Below are positions 37,480 to 50,062 of a stretch of DNA of 64,000 bases, in pieces. The DNA is taken from NCBI GenBank assembly GCA_964016885.1, contig OZ024742.1:205096001-205160000 (forward strand), written 5' to 3'. Both the position numbers and the translations under genes were made by a program. Within the stretch, counting starts at the first letter, position 1; each line of letters starts with the position of its first letter. Origin of the DNA: Eledone cirrhosa (Eukaryota). Under the pieces are notes generated by a model, which was not told the DNA's origin, ran no database searches, and was given only the letters and a program-made list of their open reading frames with translations.

Positions 37480-37773
37480 ATGTAAAGTTATGTTGGTGCC
37501 ACAACATCCAGGCCGAAACAAATGAGAACGTGTAGGTGTCACGACAAAAAAACACACAGTCCACGCTGTAATGTGGCCGTGTAGGCAACACGGTAAAAAC
37601 CTCCCAGTCCCACACTGTAAATGTGGTTGGTGTTAGGAAGGGCATCCAGCTGTAGAAAACCCGCCAGACAGTCCTATGCGAGCAAGACAACCACTCTTGC
37701 CTCAAGTGGGAAAACTCCCGTCCAAACCCATGCAAGCGTGGAACATGTACGTTAAACGATGATGATGATGATG
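37480..37773 (+). mobile_element. 3' UTR fragment of another RTE-2-like family
   Basis: 47-nt module, aggaagggcatccagctg, cccatgcaagcgtgga and (GAT)n tail. Confidence 0.7.
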
Positions 37774-38290
37774 ATATAAATAGATATATATAAATATTTA
37801 TATATATAAATATATATATATATAAATACACATTTCAAGAGTAACCAATCTTAAAGAGAGAGATGGAGATAGTAAAGTAGATATGAGAGGAGAGATTGGT
37901 GAGTTAGTTAGAAGCCAAAGCGTAAAGGCATGTGCTCAATGTGCAATATGCAGTAGAAAGCAGCTAGGTGGCTGGGTTCATGCAGAAGTTAGGTGCGCAG
38001 AGCTGGAAATATTCATTAGTTAAGCAAAACAAGACCACAAATTTCACAAGGAAGACATTATTAAAAGATTGTCATCATATTTTAGTTTGATGTAAGGAAT
38101 GTAGAGAATAATAATAATAATATTGATAATAATAATGTCCGTTTACAATTGTTTCGCTACTCCATATAATATTTCTGGATCAGATGACTATATATCATAA
38201 TTGATCTGGTTCAGTTGAAAATAATTAACATATTTAAAAAACAGAGTGGCTCATCGGAACTTCAAAGGAATATAAATTAAAATAATGGGA

Positions 38291-38462
38291 TAATTGTTTC
38301 TACTTTAGACACAAAGCCAGCAATTACCCAGTGCATTACTGGTACTTTATTTTATCGACCCCGTAAGGCAAAGTCAACCTCGGCGGGATTTGAAGTCAGA
38401 TCGTAAAGGGACGTAACTATGCTGGAAAGCATGGCGTCCGACCCTCCACTGATACTGCCAAT
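38291..38462 (-). mobile_element. SINE family 1 with TSD of about 21 bp
   Basis: aaattaaaataatgggataat on both sides. Confidence 0.9.
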
Positions 38463-38599
38463 TCAAATTAAAATAATGGGATAATGTTCCATATATTGGT
38501 TTTTACTATGGTGTCTTGGTTGCATCAGTTGTCAGCCATAATCAAGCAGTATTCATCTGTCGAGGCTGCATTGTGTGAGATCTGCCTATGGCTGCCAAA

Positions 38600-41199
38600 G
38601 GGCATATTTACCTTACTAATTAGAGGGTGGTTTCAGGGGAAGTAACTTCTCGAGAGATTAGAAATTGTGGGTGTTTATAGTTAAGTGTTAATTTAAAAAA
38701 AATTTTAATTGAGAGACAATGTAGGGGAGGTAACTTATAATTATCGAGTTGTTCATAGCAATTTAACTTATTAGCTACAAGTAAAAATGGGGCTACATGA
38801 CTAAGTTGGGTCAAAAATTCTATTGGCAAAGGAATTAGCCCTTCGATGTTGACAGCTAATGGTTACCTCCGTTCTATCGTTAATCGGTAGAGGTCGTGAT
38901 AGAGTTATGTAATATGCTTCCGTAATACAGAGATCGCAAGATTTTTTTCGTCCATTGAACGGTTGGGCCCTAGCCACGATATCCCATTTTAGTGAGTGTT
39001 GAACGTTGTTTAATTTAAGGTTTTTAATGAGCCTAGCTAGCAATGTCGAACATCTGTTGCTAGGGTCTCAGAAGGAAAAAGAGTGTGTGTTATAGCGTAC
39101 CTTAAAAGGGTTAGAGGTAGACCCGATATAAGAGCTGGTATTCGAAGCAGTCTTAACCGTGCACCTATAGACTATGTTGGGTGTCAGGCAGTGTCCATTT
39201 AATGGGCATGCATTGGGGTAACGGCAGTTGCAGTTGCTTCTGCGGTTAGTGAGAGTAGGGTTGTTTAACCTAAGCGGTAGGTCCGTGCTAGAAGGATTAG
39301 ATGGGGGAGGTGTGCTACTAGAGTAATTATTGGTGTAGTGGCTTTGTGTATTTGATAGGGGTGATGGTACCGCGGTGTGGGAGTTATACTGTCTTAGCTT
39401 ATGATGGTTACTGAACGCGATGTGGCTAGCTAGGTTAGGTGTTGTGGAGAATGAGATTTTAATGTTATTTTTATTAAAGAGTTTGTAATATCTATGGTTG
39501 GGTGGGGGGGTAGATAGGATAGAGAAGAAGTGTTTGGGGATATTAGTGGCTAGATTAGATGAGAATGGGGGGTTCAGCCAGGTGATATTTCTAGGTGTAT
39601 TCCTTCTAGGGGTTCTAGTGGAGTTGGTAGGGGCCTTCCTAAGGTTATTATTACCTGGGGATTTGTTATTTGTCATCCCATTTCTCATTCCTATTCTAGG
39701 GTTGACTTTTAGTTTGCTACTTGGAGTGGGGAGCAGGCCACTGCCACCATTAAAGTTCCCTGTATAGGTACTGTTACTGCTAAAATTCCGGTGAATCTGG
39801 CTATATGCTAAGGTATTTCTAGTTCTCGTGTTAAGTTTATTATGGTGAATTGCTGTGTTATGGCATTTAGGTATGTAATAAATTCATTGTTTATGACCAG
39901 ATTCAGAGAGAGCCTTATTATAATATTGTGCATGGTTTATAAATATCTCCTTATTTGCTGATAGCATTGAGATAGATTTGATTACTGCTCTGATGACTGC
40001 CGGTGGGTGGTTAGAGTGTGGGCTAATATATGTGAGTATTTCATCTGGTTTATGGTAAGGGTTATATAGGTTATTTTTGAGATCCAGGGTGACGTCTAGG
40101 AAGTTTACTACTTTATGGTTCGGCTCGATGGTGATAGAGAGACCGTTATTTTTAAAGAATCTATGTAATTGTTTCTTTAGCAAATCGATTCCCTGATTAG
40201 TGCAATTGTGGACTGCAAATAGGGCGTCGTCCCTGTATATTCCGCCTTGCATTGGTTGGATTTCGGCTCTGATGTTACGTAATAGGTAAATCCCAACTAA
40301 ATCGGTGATTTGCGCGGAGTCACTTGAGCCCATCGTAATGTCAAAGTTGTCTGTTCTATCGTTTCTAGTCCAGGGTGCTCCGTTGAATTCAATGATAGTC
40401 TACCTAGCCATAAGTATGATGTTAATCTCATTATTAGTTATGTCCGAGTTGGTGGTGGCTAGGACTAGTGCTTTGTTGAGCAGTTCCGGGGTTATTGACG
40501 CGTAATAGCTGTCTATGTCAAATTGGATGAACCTCATAGTAAACGTACTTAACCGAAAAGCCCAGGCTTTGGTTAAGGACGTGCATCTGGATAGATTTAC
40601 CCACCCTTATGTACCAACAACCCCAAGGTTCTCTCTCAAGGATCACAAGCCAAACTTTATAGAGAACCCATCCATTAGACTCATAAGCCCAACTACATCT
40701 GGCCTGGGCCGCATCAGTAAGAACATCCTTGATAGGATAATCCATGGGCTACGGGATGATACCACCTACAAGGTGTGGTCCAACACCGGCCAAGTCATCA
40801 GATGGTTCTCCGATCTAAGGCCCAAGCAATCTATGAGGTTCATCCAATTTGACATAGACAGCTATTATGCGTCAATAATTCCGGAACTGCTCAACAAAGC
40901 ACTAGCCCTAGCCACCACCAACTTGGACATAACCAATAATGAGATTAACATCATACATATGGCTAGGCAGACTATCATTGAATTCAACGGAGCACTCTGG
41001 ACTAGAAAAGATAGAACGGATAACTTTGACATTACGATGGGCTCAAGTGACTCCGCGCAAATCACCGATTTAGTTGGGATTTACCTATTACGTAACATCA
41101 GAGCCGAAATTCAACCAATGCAAGGCGGAATATACAGGGACGACGCCCTATTTGCAGTCTACAATTGCACTAATCAGGGAATCGATTTGCTAAAGAAAC
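38600..41199. mobile_element. Penelope-like element PLE-2 (resembles the Hydra clade), 5' part inverted
   Basis: Plus 40540-41199: LKDHKPNF..IRLISP, FIQFDIDSYY, MGSSDSAQ, IYRDD. Minus: NFLDVTLDL, SNHPP, WLNPPFS, CNCR..CPLNGHCL..IVY..YIGST..FKVRY, CDLCITE. Confidence 0.88.
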
Positions 41200-41496
41200 G
41201 ATCATCATTTTACGTCCGCTTCTCCCTGCTTGCAAGGGTGGGACGGGAACTGATGCTGGCTTGATTTCTACAGCTGGATGCCCTTCCTAACGCCAACTTC
41301 ATTTACAGTGAGTGCTGGGTGCTTTTTTTCCGTGGCACCTACACGTCCACTTTGCAGTGGAATGATATAGACCCCAGTCCCTATCATCTCATTTCTACAG
41401 CTGAGTAAACTGGAGCAATGTGAAATAAAGTGTCTTGCTCAAGGAAACAACACATCACCCGGTCTGAGAATTGAACTCACAACGTTTCGATTGCAA
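41200..41496 (-). mobile_element. SINE family 2 (head truncated)
   Basis: Same body and tail as 36915-37231; abuts PLE-2 and (TA)n. Confidence 0.85.
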
Positions 41497-42164
41497 ATAT
41501 ATATATATATATATATATACGTATATAAAATATTAAATTTAAGCCCAAATCACACTTTGGTGGGGATACAAGTGAAATTGGCTAAAGGAACACAATTCCA
41601 ACCTATGTAGAACCATAACCATCGTTTCAAAAACTCAAAGAGCCAGCATATGGAATTTCAAGACATTGGAGTAATTAAAGCTGAGAGAACTGAAGTGTTA
41701 TCAGCAGGAGGCGAGTTATTCATAAGAATATTGGACAAGCAGAAAAATTAACATACATACCGAATCACTGCTAGATCATATATGTGAACAAGGTGTTGTA
41801 TTGAATTACTGAAAGGGACTGTCTGAATATATATTATATAATCATGCCACGTAAAAAACCACATGGTGTGGCAGCATGATGCAACTCCAATACTGCATGA
41901 AAGCTTACTATTGAGTGTATTAGGACAATACGACGGACATATATTGACGCTAGAAATAGCAGCCAAAAAACTGTATAAGTCAGCTCAACCCAATTAAGGG
42001 GCAGTCCTTATAAATATATAACTCTACAAGGTAAACTGTTTCTAATACAGCTTATTTCAAATATATACATATACATAGATACATACAGACTGCAAGAATG
42101 ACCATGGGATTTGTACCTAGAAGGCACAAGTCTGGGCAAGGTTGTTTGTGGAAAACCAGCAGTC

Positions 42165-42501
42165 ATCATCATCATTTCATTTTACGCCCGATTTTCCCTG
42201 CTTGCAAGGGTGGGACGGGAACTGATTCTGGCATGATTTCTACAGCTGGATGCCCTTCCGAACACCAACCTCATTTACAGTGAGTGCTGGGTGCTTTTTT
42301 CCATAGTGTCTACACGACCACTTTGCAGTGGAATGATAGGGACCCCAGTCCCTATCATCTCATTTCTACAGCTGAGTAAACTGAAGCAATGTGAAATAAA
42401 GTGTCTTGCTCAGGGAAACAACACATCACCTGGTGTGAGAATTGAACTCACAACCTTTCGATTGCAAGGCCAATGCTCTAACCACTAAGCCATGTGCCTC
42501 C
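42165..42501 (-). mobile_element. SINE family 2 nested in a family 3 SINE
   Basis: Full head to tail; short cagtc duplication at the flanks. Confidence 0.85.
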
Positions 42502-42822
42502 AGTCAGCCATGCATACCAGTCTCCCCTCTCCACACCACTGATGTTGTCCATATGTTAGCTGATGTTGACACCATTGACATCGCAACTCATTTATACAGC
42601 TTAGTAAACTGGAACAACTTGAAAATAAAGTGTCTTGCTAAAGGACACAACGCATCTCCCGGTCTGAGAATTGAACTCACAACCTCACAATTGCAAGACC
42701 AACACTCGAACCACTAAGCCATACACCTTCACATATACACACATACAGACACACAAATACATATACATACACACAAACATATATAATTCCATTTAATCCT
42801 TGTTTTGTTTATATCTTTGAAG

Positions 42823-42884
42823 GTTTACCAAATGTATTTGGTGAATATGATGAGAGTGAAGAAATGATGGCATCACACATAAAG
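42823..42884 (+). CDS. MTR: MTR exon 10: LPNVFGEYDESEEMMASHIK
   Basis: ttgaag/gtttgt, 62 nt. Confidence 0.92.
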
Positions 42885-44397
42885 GTTTGTAATCCTTTAC
42901 TAAATTAGGGATTTAGGGATTCATTTTAATAAGAAATAAAGGTTCTGTATTTGGGTAAAGAAATAACTCAAATCTAAAACTTATTTAAATGTTATTTGTT
43001 AAAAGTTGTAGTTTTCAATGTTTCTTTGACTTTTGGGTGTGCGTGTGAATGTGTGTTGTGTATGAGGGCATAAGTATGTATGTGTATTGTATGTGATTTG
43101 TATGTGTGTTTGTGTGTGTATTATGTGTATGTGTGCTGTGTGAGGGTTAGAGTATGTGTGTTTGTCTCTTTCAGTCCTCTCTTCTTATCTGCTTGTCTAT
43201 CTGTCTGTCTGTATGTATGTGTGTGTGTGAATATATGTGTGTATATATGCATGAAAGGTATATACAGGGAGAGAATTCCAGAGGAAGGCCTGGGCAGAGT
43301 AGTTAGTTCAGGGCCTGAGGCGTTGGACATAATATGGGTGATGAGAAGAGTGAGGTGGAAGCATTTGAATGAAAGTAGCATGAGATCAGCCATCTCCAAA
43401 GAACATAAACCATTGCAGTAGTGGTAGAAATGTGAGCCAGAGACTGAAACCTGTCTGTCAGTGACATTATACCAATCAGACAAGCAGCCATTTTCTGGAT
43501 GTGATCTAGGATCAAGCCTTCAGTACTAAGCCCTAAAAAAGGCTTAAGCTCCTCCAATAATTTGTTTCAATATATTTTTGCTTTGGTTTTTTTACAACAC
43601 TGATTTTCTATTATCTCTAAATATGATAGTATGATCATGTTTTTAATTTCTTTCTTAGTCTTATATTGAAAGGGAGGGGAGTTGATTAAATCTATTCCAG
43701 TTCATTACTGGTACTTTATTTTACTACTAATAATAATACACATGCACACTATATATACTTAAGCCCCCAAAATCCCCAAACGGTGATGGAAGCCCTGAGG
43801 ATATTTATATGTGTTGTAGTAGCACCATCCCAGATGTGAAAGCCCTACTCTATAATGGGTTTTACCTAAATATTGTAGAGGGTCAGAAGTTGTTGGGAAT
43901 GAAGTATTTTCTAGCTCTCAAAAGAAGGACCAGTTGGTTATGTACTGTTCTAACTATGTTTAAGATGTGTGTTCACCATGAAAGACCCTTAGTGAGGGAG
44001 AGGCCTAGTATTTGGAGTGAACACAAGGGCCCTAATTTTATTCTTTTCATGTTTAAAGGGATAAGGTGTGGTGATATTTTAGTTCAGTTCAGTATGCATA
44101 CAATCAACAAAGCAAATGAACAATTTAGTAATATTTTGGTAATGATTATGATGATACATAAATGACAGGCTTCTACACAGTCTCTGCCTAGCAAATTTCA
44201 TTCACAAGCTATAACAATAAAAATGAATCAGATCTTTCACTGAATTGGTTTCAGTCATTGAACTAGTTTGTGGTCGTACAGGGGAAATGTATTAAAGAGT
44301 TTCACTGATCATATCAATCCTGGGACCTATTTCAATCTATTACTTATTATTGATCTCTATTTGCCGAATTACTGCATTACAAGACAAAATCTAGAAA

Positions 44398-44622
44398 AAT
44401 TTTGGAAGCATTTTTTCACGTTCAGAGTTGCTGAAGCATGGAACAAACTACCTGCATCAGTTGTTAGCTGTTGGCACACTGTGTATATTTTGTGTGTATT
44501 TCGTGACTCATACACTGTTCACTTTCCTAACATTTGTATATTATTCTATGTACTATACATGCACCTTTGATGAGTTGTAGTGCACCTGAGCACTGTACAC
44601 AATAATTTCATTATTATTATTA
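44398..44622 (+). mobile_element. CR1 3' fragment
   Basis: KHFFTFRVAEAWNKLP, (ATT)n. Confidence 0.85.
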
Positions 44623-44794
44623 TTTAAAACACACACGTACACACTGATTATAAATATGTTTTAAAAAAAATATATTTATGCAGAGTTGCAATTATTTACC
44701 CACAAATTGTCTGAGCAACAGTAGGTTTTATTGCTAGTATATATATGTGCATGTGTAACTCACATACAGAAACACACACATATATACATATATG

Positions 44795-45125
44795 TTGTTA
44801 TATTTGGGGCGGGTCATGTTGTCCTAATATTGCAAAAAATAATAATCAATCACACTCGGTTTGGTTTGGTTTTCGCTTCAGTTAAATTTTTATAAATAAT
44901 TTAGCTGGCAAATCAATGTTTATTATTGATTGACCAACTGTTAAAAATATAAATATAATTTCTCAAAGTTCTTTTGTCACACATATTTTTCAGTATATAA
45001 AAGTATACTGAACTGAGGTGTGTTTTATTGTTATTTTTGGCAATATTAGGACAACATGACCCTTCCTAAATATATAACAATATTTGTTTCAACACACAAT
45101 TTCATATAAAAAACTTTGCAAAACA
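44795..45125. mobile_element. Fold-back of PLE-1-type 3' terminus
   Basis: Arms 44795-44843 and 45028-45080; distal end matches 35650-35693. Confidence 0.7.
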
Positions 45126-45177
45126 AATAAATTGCGAACCCATACATATATGATATGCATGTATATTTTTCTTTCAG

Positions 45178-45245
45178 TCTTTTGCTGAGGATGGACTTGT
45201 AAATATAGTTGGAGGATGCTGTGGCTCAACTCCTGCTCATATAAG
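45178..45245 (+). CDS. MTR: MTR exon 11: [23 protein letters not shown]
   Basis: tttcag/gtttga, 68 nt; GGCCG Zn ligands. Confidence 0.96.
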
Positions 45246-45289
45246 GTTTGAATCCTGTTTAATCTTACCCCTTTATTCTAATTTGTAAC

Positions 45290-46100
45290 CACCCTATCTT
45301 TTAAGTGTGCATGAACAATAAGGCATTGGTAAGTTGAGAGAAAAACTGGGTATAATAGAAATAGGATGTGTGCAAGAGATGATTGTGCTGGTGCAGACAT
45401 ATGTGTCAGGATTATGACAGTTGGATAAAGAAGAAGATTGAAGATTGAAGAGGAAGGAAGATGCAGTAAAAGACCAAGACTTGGACAGAAGTGGTAAAAG
45501 CTGATCATAGAATGCCAAACTTCATGAAGGTAGTGACAAAAGCTCCCATGACTTTCAGAAACATCTCTTATGTTGAACCATGGAACAAACTACCTGCATC
45601 AGTTGTTAACTGTTGGAACACTGTATCCTTCAAAACTTCCATGCTCCCCAAAATTCACTAACACTAAGCCTGATATTCCCTCTCCATACACACACACATG
45701 CACACATATGTCTGTGTGTATATCGTGACTCATACACTGTTCACTTTCCCGACATTTGTACATTATTCTATGCACTATAGATGCACCTTTGATGAGTTGT
45801 AGTGCACCTGAGCACTGTACACAATAATTTTTATTATTCTTTTGGCAGTATCGATAGAGGGTCGGACGCCATACTTTGATGCATAGAGTTACAGCCCTTG
45901 CCATTCTGAGTTCGGTGGATTGGCAGTATCGGTAGAGAGTCGGACGCCATGCTTTGCAGCATAGAGTTACGGCCCTTTATGATCTGAGTTCAAATCCCGC
46001 CGAGGTTAACTTTGCCTTTCATCCTCACGGGGGTCGATAAAATAAAGTACCAGTAATGTACTGGGTAATTGCTGGCCTTGTGCCAAAAGTAGAAACAATT
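45290..46100 (+). mobile_element. Stacked RTE 3' fragment (45290-45540), CR1 3' end (45541-45838) and SINE family 1 (partial plus full, 45841-46100)
   Basis: Matches family copies elsewhere in the window. Confidence 0.75.
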
Positions 46101-46746
46101 ATTATTTGCCCAGTTCATTGTATGGTGTAATTTGAAGAAACTGAACAGCAGTTTATAACAGGTCAAGTTACCAAGTGTTACTACTCCCTCCCAACCTTCA
46201 GTCTCAGGGGCACTGAGAAAGGTCAAGGTCACCACCCTTTCCTCCTTCACTACACACCTATGAAAGGTGTTCATGGAATATCTTAGCAACAGATTTAGAT
46301 TATGATCCTGAGTCTGTGTACCCCCAGAGCCCTACTGTATCTTAGATTTTTATTTGGTACTAGACCACCTGTGACCCATTGGTTCTCGTTCACTTTAAAA
46401 TGTCTTTTGTAAATCATGTTCTCTTAAATATAATTCTTAAATAATTAAAAAATATACAAACATGTATATAATGTAAAATGAAATATTCAATCTACTCTCT
46501 CACAACTACTATCTCTTTCTCTCTCCCTATTTATGAAGGTACCAGAAAAACCCCATATCTTGAGAACCCGTGCTCCTATTTACGCGAAACTTGTTTTATT
46601 CCATTTGCATTCCCATTTCAGGGGCAACCTCTTTTCAAAGTATAATCCCATTATGTGCTATTTTGGCTCTATTGAATTACAGACAAGCACACAATCACAG
46701 AGTTTTAGTAGACATGTAATAAAAGTTGAATTTCTCCCATTTAAAG

Positions 46747-46826
46747 GGCCATTGCAGAGGCAGTGAAAGGGTTAGCCCCAAGACAGCAGTCAATATGTTT
46801 ATCTTCCTCCTATATGCAGCTCTCAG
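46747..46826 (+). CDS. MTR: MTR exon 12: AIAEAVKGLAPRQQSICLSSSYMQLSG
   Basis: ttaaag/gtaatc, 80 nt; phases fit both neighbours. Confidence 0.9.
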
Positions 46827-46904
46827 GTAATCTATTTACATTTTCGATTATGGAGGTGTGCATATCTGTATGTGTTCATCTGTGTGTGCATGTGTGTACA
46901 TGCC

Positions 46905-47085
46905 TATCATCATCATATGTCCACTTTTCCATGCTTGCAAGGGTGGGACGGGTCCTATGCAGCACAACATCTCTCCACTTGTCATAGTCCTTCGTCATCT
47001 CCACCGTGAGCTTCAGCAATCTGAGGTCTGCTCTCACCACCTCCACCCATGTTTTTCGTGGTCTTCCTCCACTACGTCTTCCTAT
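46905..47085 (-). mobile_element. RTE-1 3' end fragment
   Basis: GRPRKTWVEVVRADL...RPTLAS. Confidence 0.85.
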
Positions 47086-47485
47086 ATGTGTATATTTATG
47101 TATCTGAGTGTACATGTCTATATGTGTATGTTTAGGTATCTGTGTGCATATGCATGTCAGTATGTGTATGTATCTGTGTGCATGTCTATATGTGTGGACA
47201 TGCATGTCAGTATGTGAGTATGTGTATGCATCTGTGTGTGCATGTCTATGTGTTGTATGTGCTGCATCTGTGTGTGTGTGTGTATAAAGAAGTGAAACTG
47301 TGTATGTGCCTGTGTGTGCATGTCTGTATGTGTGTATGTGCATGTCAGTATGTGTGTTTGTATCTGTGTGTACATGTCAGTATGTGTGTATGTGTATGTA
47401 TCTGTGTGTGTGCATGTCAGTCTGTGTGTACATGTCTATATGTGTTGTATGTGCTGTATCTGTGTGTGTATAAAGAAGTGAAACA
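47085..47485. repeat. TG/TA-rich compound microsatellite
   Basis: tatgtgtgcatgtc-type units. Confidence 0.85.
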
Positions 47486-47491
47486 GTTTAA

Positions 47492-47706
47492 CCCTTTAAT
47501 GTTCAAACCGGCCCAAACCGGCCAGAATTCTCTATCACTTTCTGTTGAAACTGGCTGTAACCGGTCGCTCAAACTGATGTTAAAGTATTGTTCTCAAAAT
47601 AAATACTTTCAAAATCTCATAGATTCAATATTATGTGAGATAATTATGCGAGATTTTTACCATGAAAATATAATAGTATATATAGAGTAATGTGAATACT
47701 AAAGGG
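47492..47706. mobile_element. piggyBac-like MITE
   Basis: TTAA-CCCTTT...AAAGGG-TTAA; second copy at 57814-58005. Confidence 0.75.
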
Positions 47707-47846
47707 TTAAAAGAGAGAGAAGGCTAAAAGGTATCATATTTTATTAAATGTGTGTTAGTATGAGAAACAGATGTCACATTGTTGTTAATCATGTTGCTGT
47801 TCTGTCTTCTATTATTTTACCTTATTTTACTGCTCCATTGTTTTAG

Positions 47847-47959
47847 GATTGGAACCAATGGTTATTGGACCTTACACCAATTTTATCAACATTGGTGAGA
47901 GATGCAACGTTGCAGGCTCAAAAAGATTTTCAAACCTTATAAAGAAACAAGATTATGAG
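47847..47959 (+). CDS. MTR: MTR exon 13: LEPMVIGPYTNFINIGERCNVAGSKRFSNLIKKQDYE
   Basis: ttttag/gtagtg, 113 nt. Confidence 0.95.
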
Positions 47960-48009
47960 GTAGTGTTATATTTGTGTTATATCAGTGTTATATCTGTTAT
48001 ATCTGCATT

Positions 48010-48385
48010 TAGAGGGTCGGACGCCATGCTTTCCAGCATAGTTACGTCCCTTTACGATCTGAATTCAAATCCCGCCGAGGTTGACTTTGCCTTTCATCCT
48101 TACAGGGTCGATAAAACAAAGTACCAGTAATGCACTGGGTAATTGCTGGCCTTGTGTCTAAAGTAGAACCAATTATATCTGTGTTATATCTGTAGGACGG
48201 TGAATTGGCAGTATCAGTAGCGGGTCGGACGCCATGCTTAGATGCATAGAGTTACGGCCCTTGCCATTCTGAGTTCAAATCCCGTTGAGGTTAACTTTGC
48301 CTTTCATCCTACCGGGGGTCGATAAAATAAAGTACCAGTAATACACTGGGATAATTGCTGGCTTTGTGCCTATTGTAGAAACAAT
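48010..48385 (+). mobile_element. Two SINE family 1 copies inserted in a minisatellite
   Basis: 48010-48172 and 48196-48385. Confidence 0.85.
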
Positions 48386-48448
48386 TATATCTGTGTTATA
48401 TCAGTATTATATCTTTTATATCTGCATTATATCTGTGTTATATCTGTT

Positions 48449-50062
48449 AAAAAATAAACGCAACCATGCCTCTCCTGGTCTTGATGGTGTTACGTACCTG
48501 CTTCTTAAACATTTCTTCCAATTCTGTCTGAACAACGGTGCTACTCCAGAACAGTGGAAAACTGCCAGTGTCATTCCTCTGTTCAAAAAGGGTGACCGCA
48601 CATCACCTGTGAACTATCGTCCAGTCAGTCTTACTAGTTGCATTGCCAAACTGATGAAATCCTGTGTCAGAGAAACACTTTGGAACTTCTGGAACTCTCA
48701 CAGTCATATCCGGCCCTCGCAATTTGGATTTATCCACAACTCCAGCTGCGGTGATCAACTTATCGAGTTTCTTGAAGACATCATCACCCGGATCACTGAT
48801 GGCGGCTCATGGGTGGATGTTATTTACCTTGACTTTGCGAAAGTTTTCAATTCTGTGCCACACAAAAGGCTTATGGCAAAACTCTCTGCAATGGGTGTGA
48901 AGGATGATCTTTTTAACTGATTGAAGTCCTTCATTCTCAGTCGAAGAGAGGTAGTCACGGTTCTGGGACAGCATTCCTCACCATATGAGATGTCATCTGG
49001 TGTACCACAGGGATCTGTTCTTGGCCCCCCTTTTGTTTGTGGCCTATATTAATGACATAGATGCCACCTTAAAGAATGCCACAGTACTCAAGTACGCAGA
49101 TGACATCAAGCTGTACCTTGAGATAAAAAGGACAGATCCTGAACACTATAGATCTTGCTTGCAGTCTGACCTGGACACAATGCAACAATGGATCTCAGAC
49201 TGGCAACTCAAGCTAGCTGTGGACAAGTGCACCACCATGAATTTTGGGAGTAAAAACGCAGCGTCCACATACTCCCTCCACAGCACTAATATCAAGAAGT
49301 CTTCTTGTGAACGTGACCTGGGCATTACGGTCAGCAGCGATTTGCGTTGGACGAAGCACGTCTCTAAAATTGTCAAGAGGGCTGAGGGTGTCTTAGCATC
49401 ACTCAGCAAGACCTTTGTCAGCTGCTCTCCAGCTATCTATTTAAGGCTGTACATGGCTATGGTGCGGCCACACTTAGAATTTGCATCACCAGTCTGGAAC
49501 CCCTATCTTGCTCAGAACATTGACCGCCTGGAAACTGTTCAGAGACGTGCAACCAAGCGAATACCCTCCATCAGGCATCTACCATACTCTGAATGCTTTG
49601 CTTCCCTGGGCATGGATACATTGAAGCTCCGACGCCTGGCAACTGACTTGGTAAACACCCACAAAATTGTTAACCATCTTGCCATCAACAACCCTGAGTA
49701 CCTTTTTGATTTCCATGTGTCTAACACATGTGGATATGCCCACGAAGTCAGAAAACAGCACAGTTCCCATGACTTTCGGAAACATTTTTTCACGCTCAGA
49801 GTTGCTGAAGCATGGAACAAACTACCTGCATCAGTTGTTAGCTGTCGAGACATTGCATCCTTTAAAACCTCCATGCTTCCCGAGATTCGCCAACACTACA
49901 CCTAATGTTCCCCCTCTATACACATACACACATGTATATCATGACTCATACACTATTCACTTCCCTGACATTTGTATATTATTCTATGTACTATACATGC
50001 ACCTTTGATGAGTTGTAGTGCACTTGAGCACTTTACACAATAATTTCATTATTATTATTATT
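48449..50062 (+). mobile_element. CR1-clade LINE, 5'-truncated RT, disrupted
   Basis: SPGLDG, VIPLFKKGD..NYRPVSLTS, YLDFAK, GVPQGSVLG, YADD, ERDLG, RPHLEFA, WNKLP; (ATT)n tail. Confidence 0.93.

Noticed and set aside
38625-38660. Hammerhead in the PLE-2 3' UTR (hairpin plus GAAAC on the minus strand)
   Set aside because: No CTGANGA core or convincing stem III.
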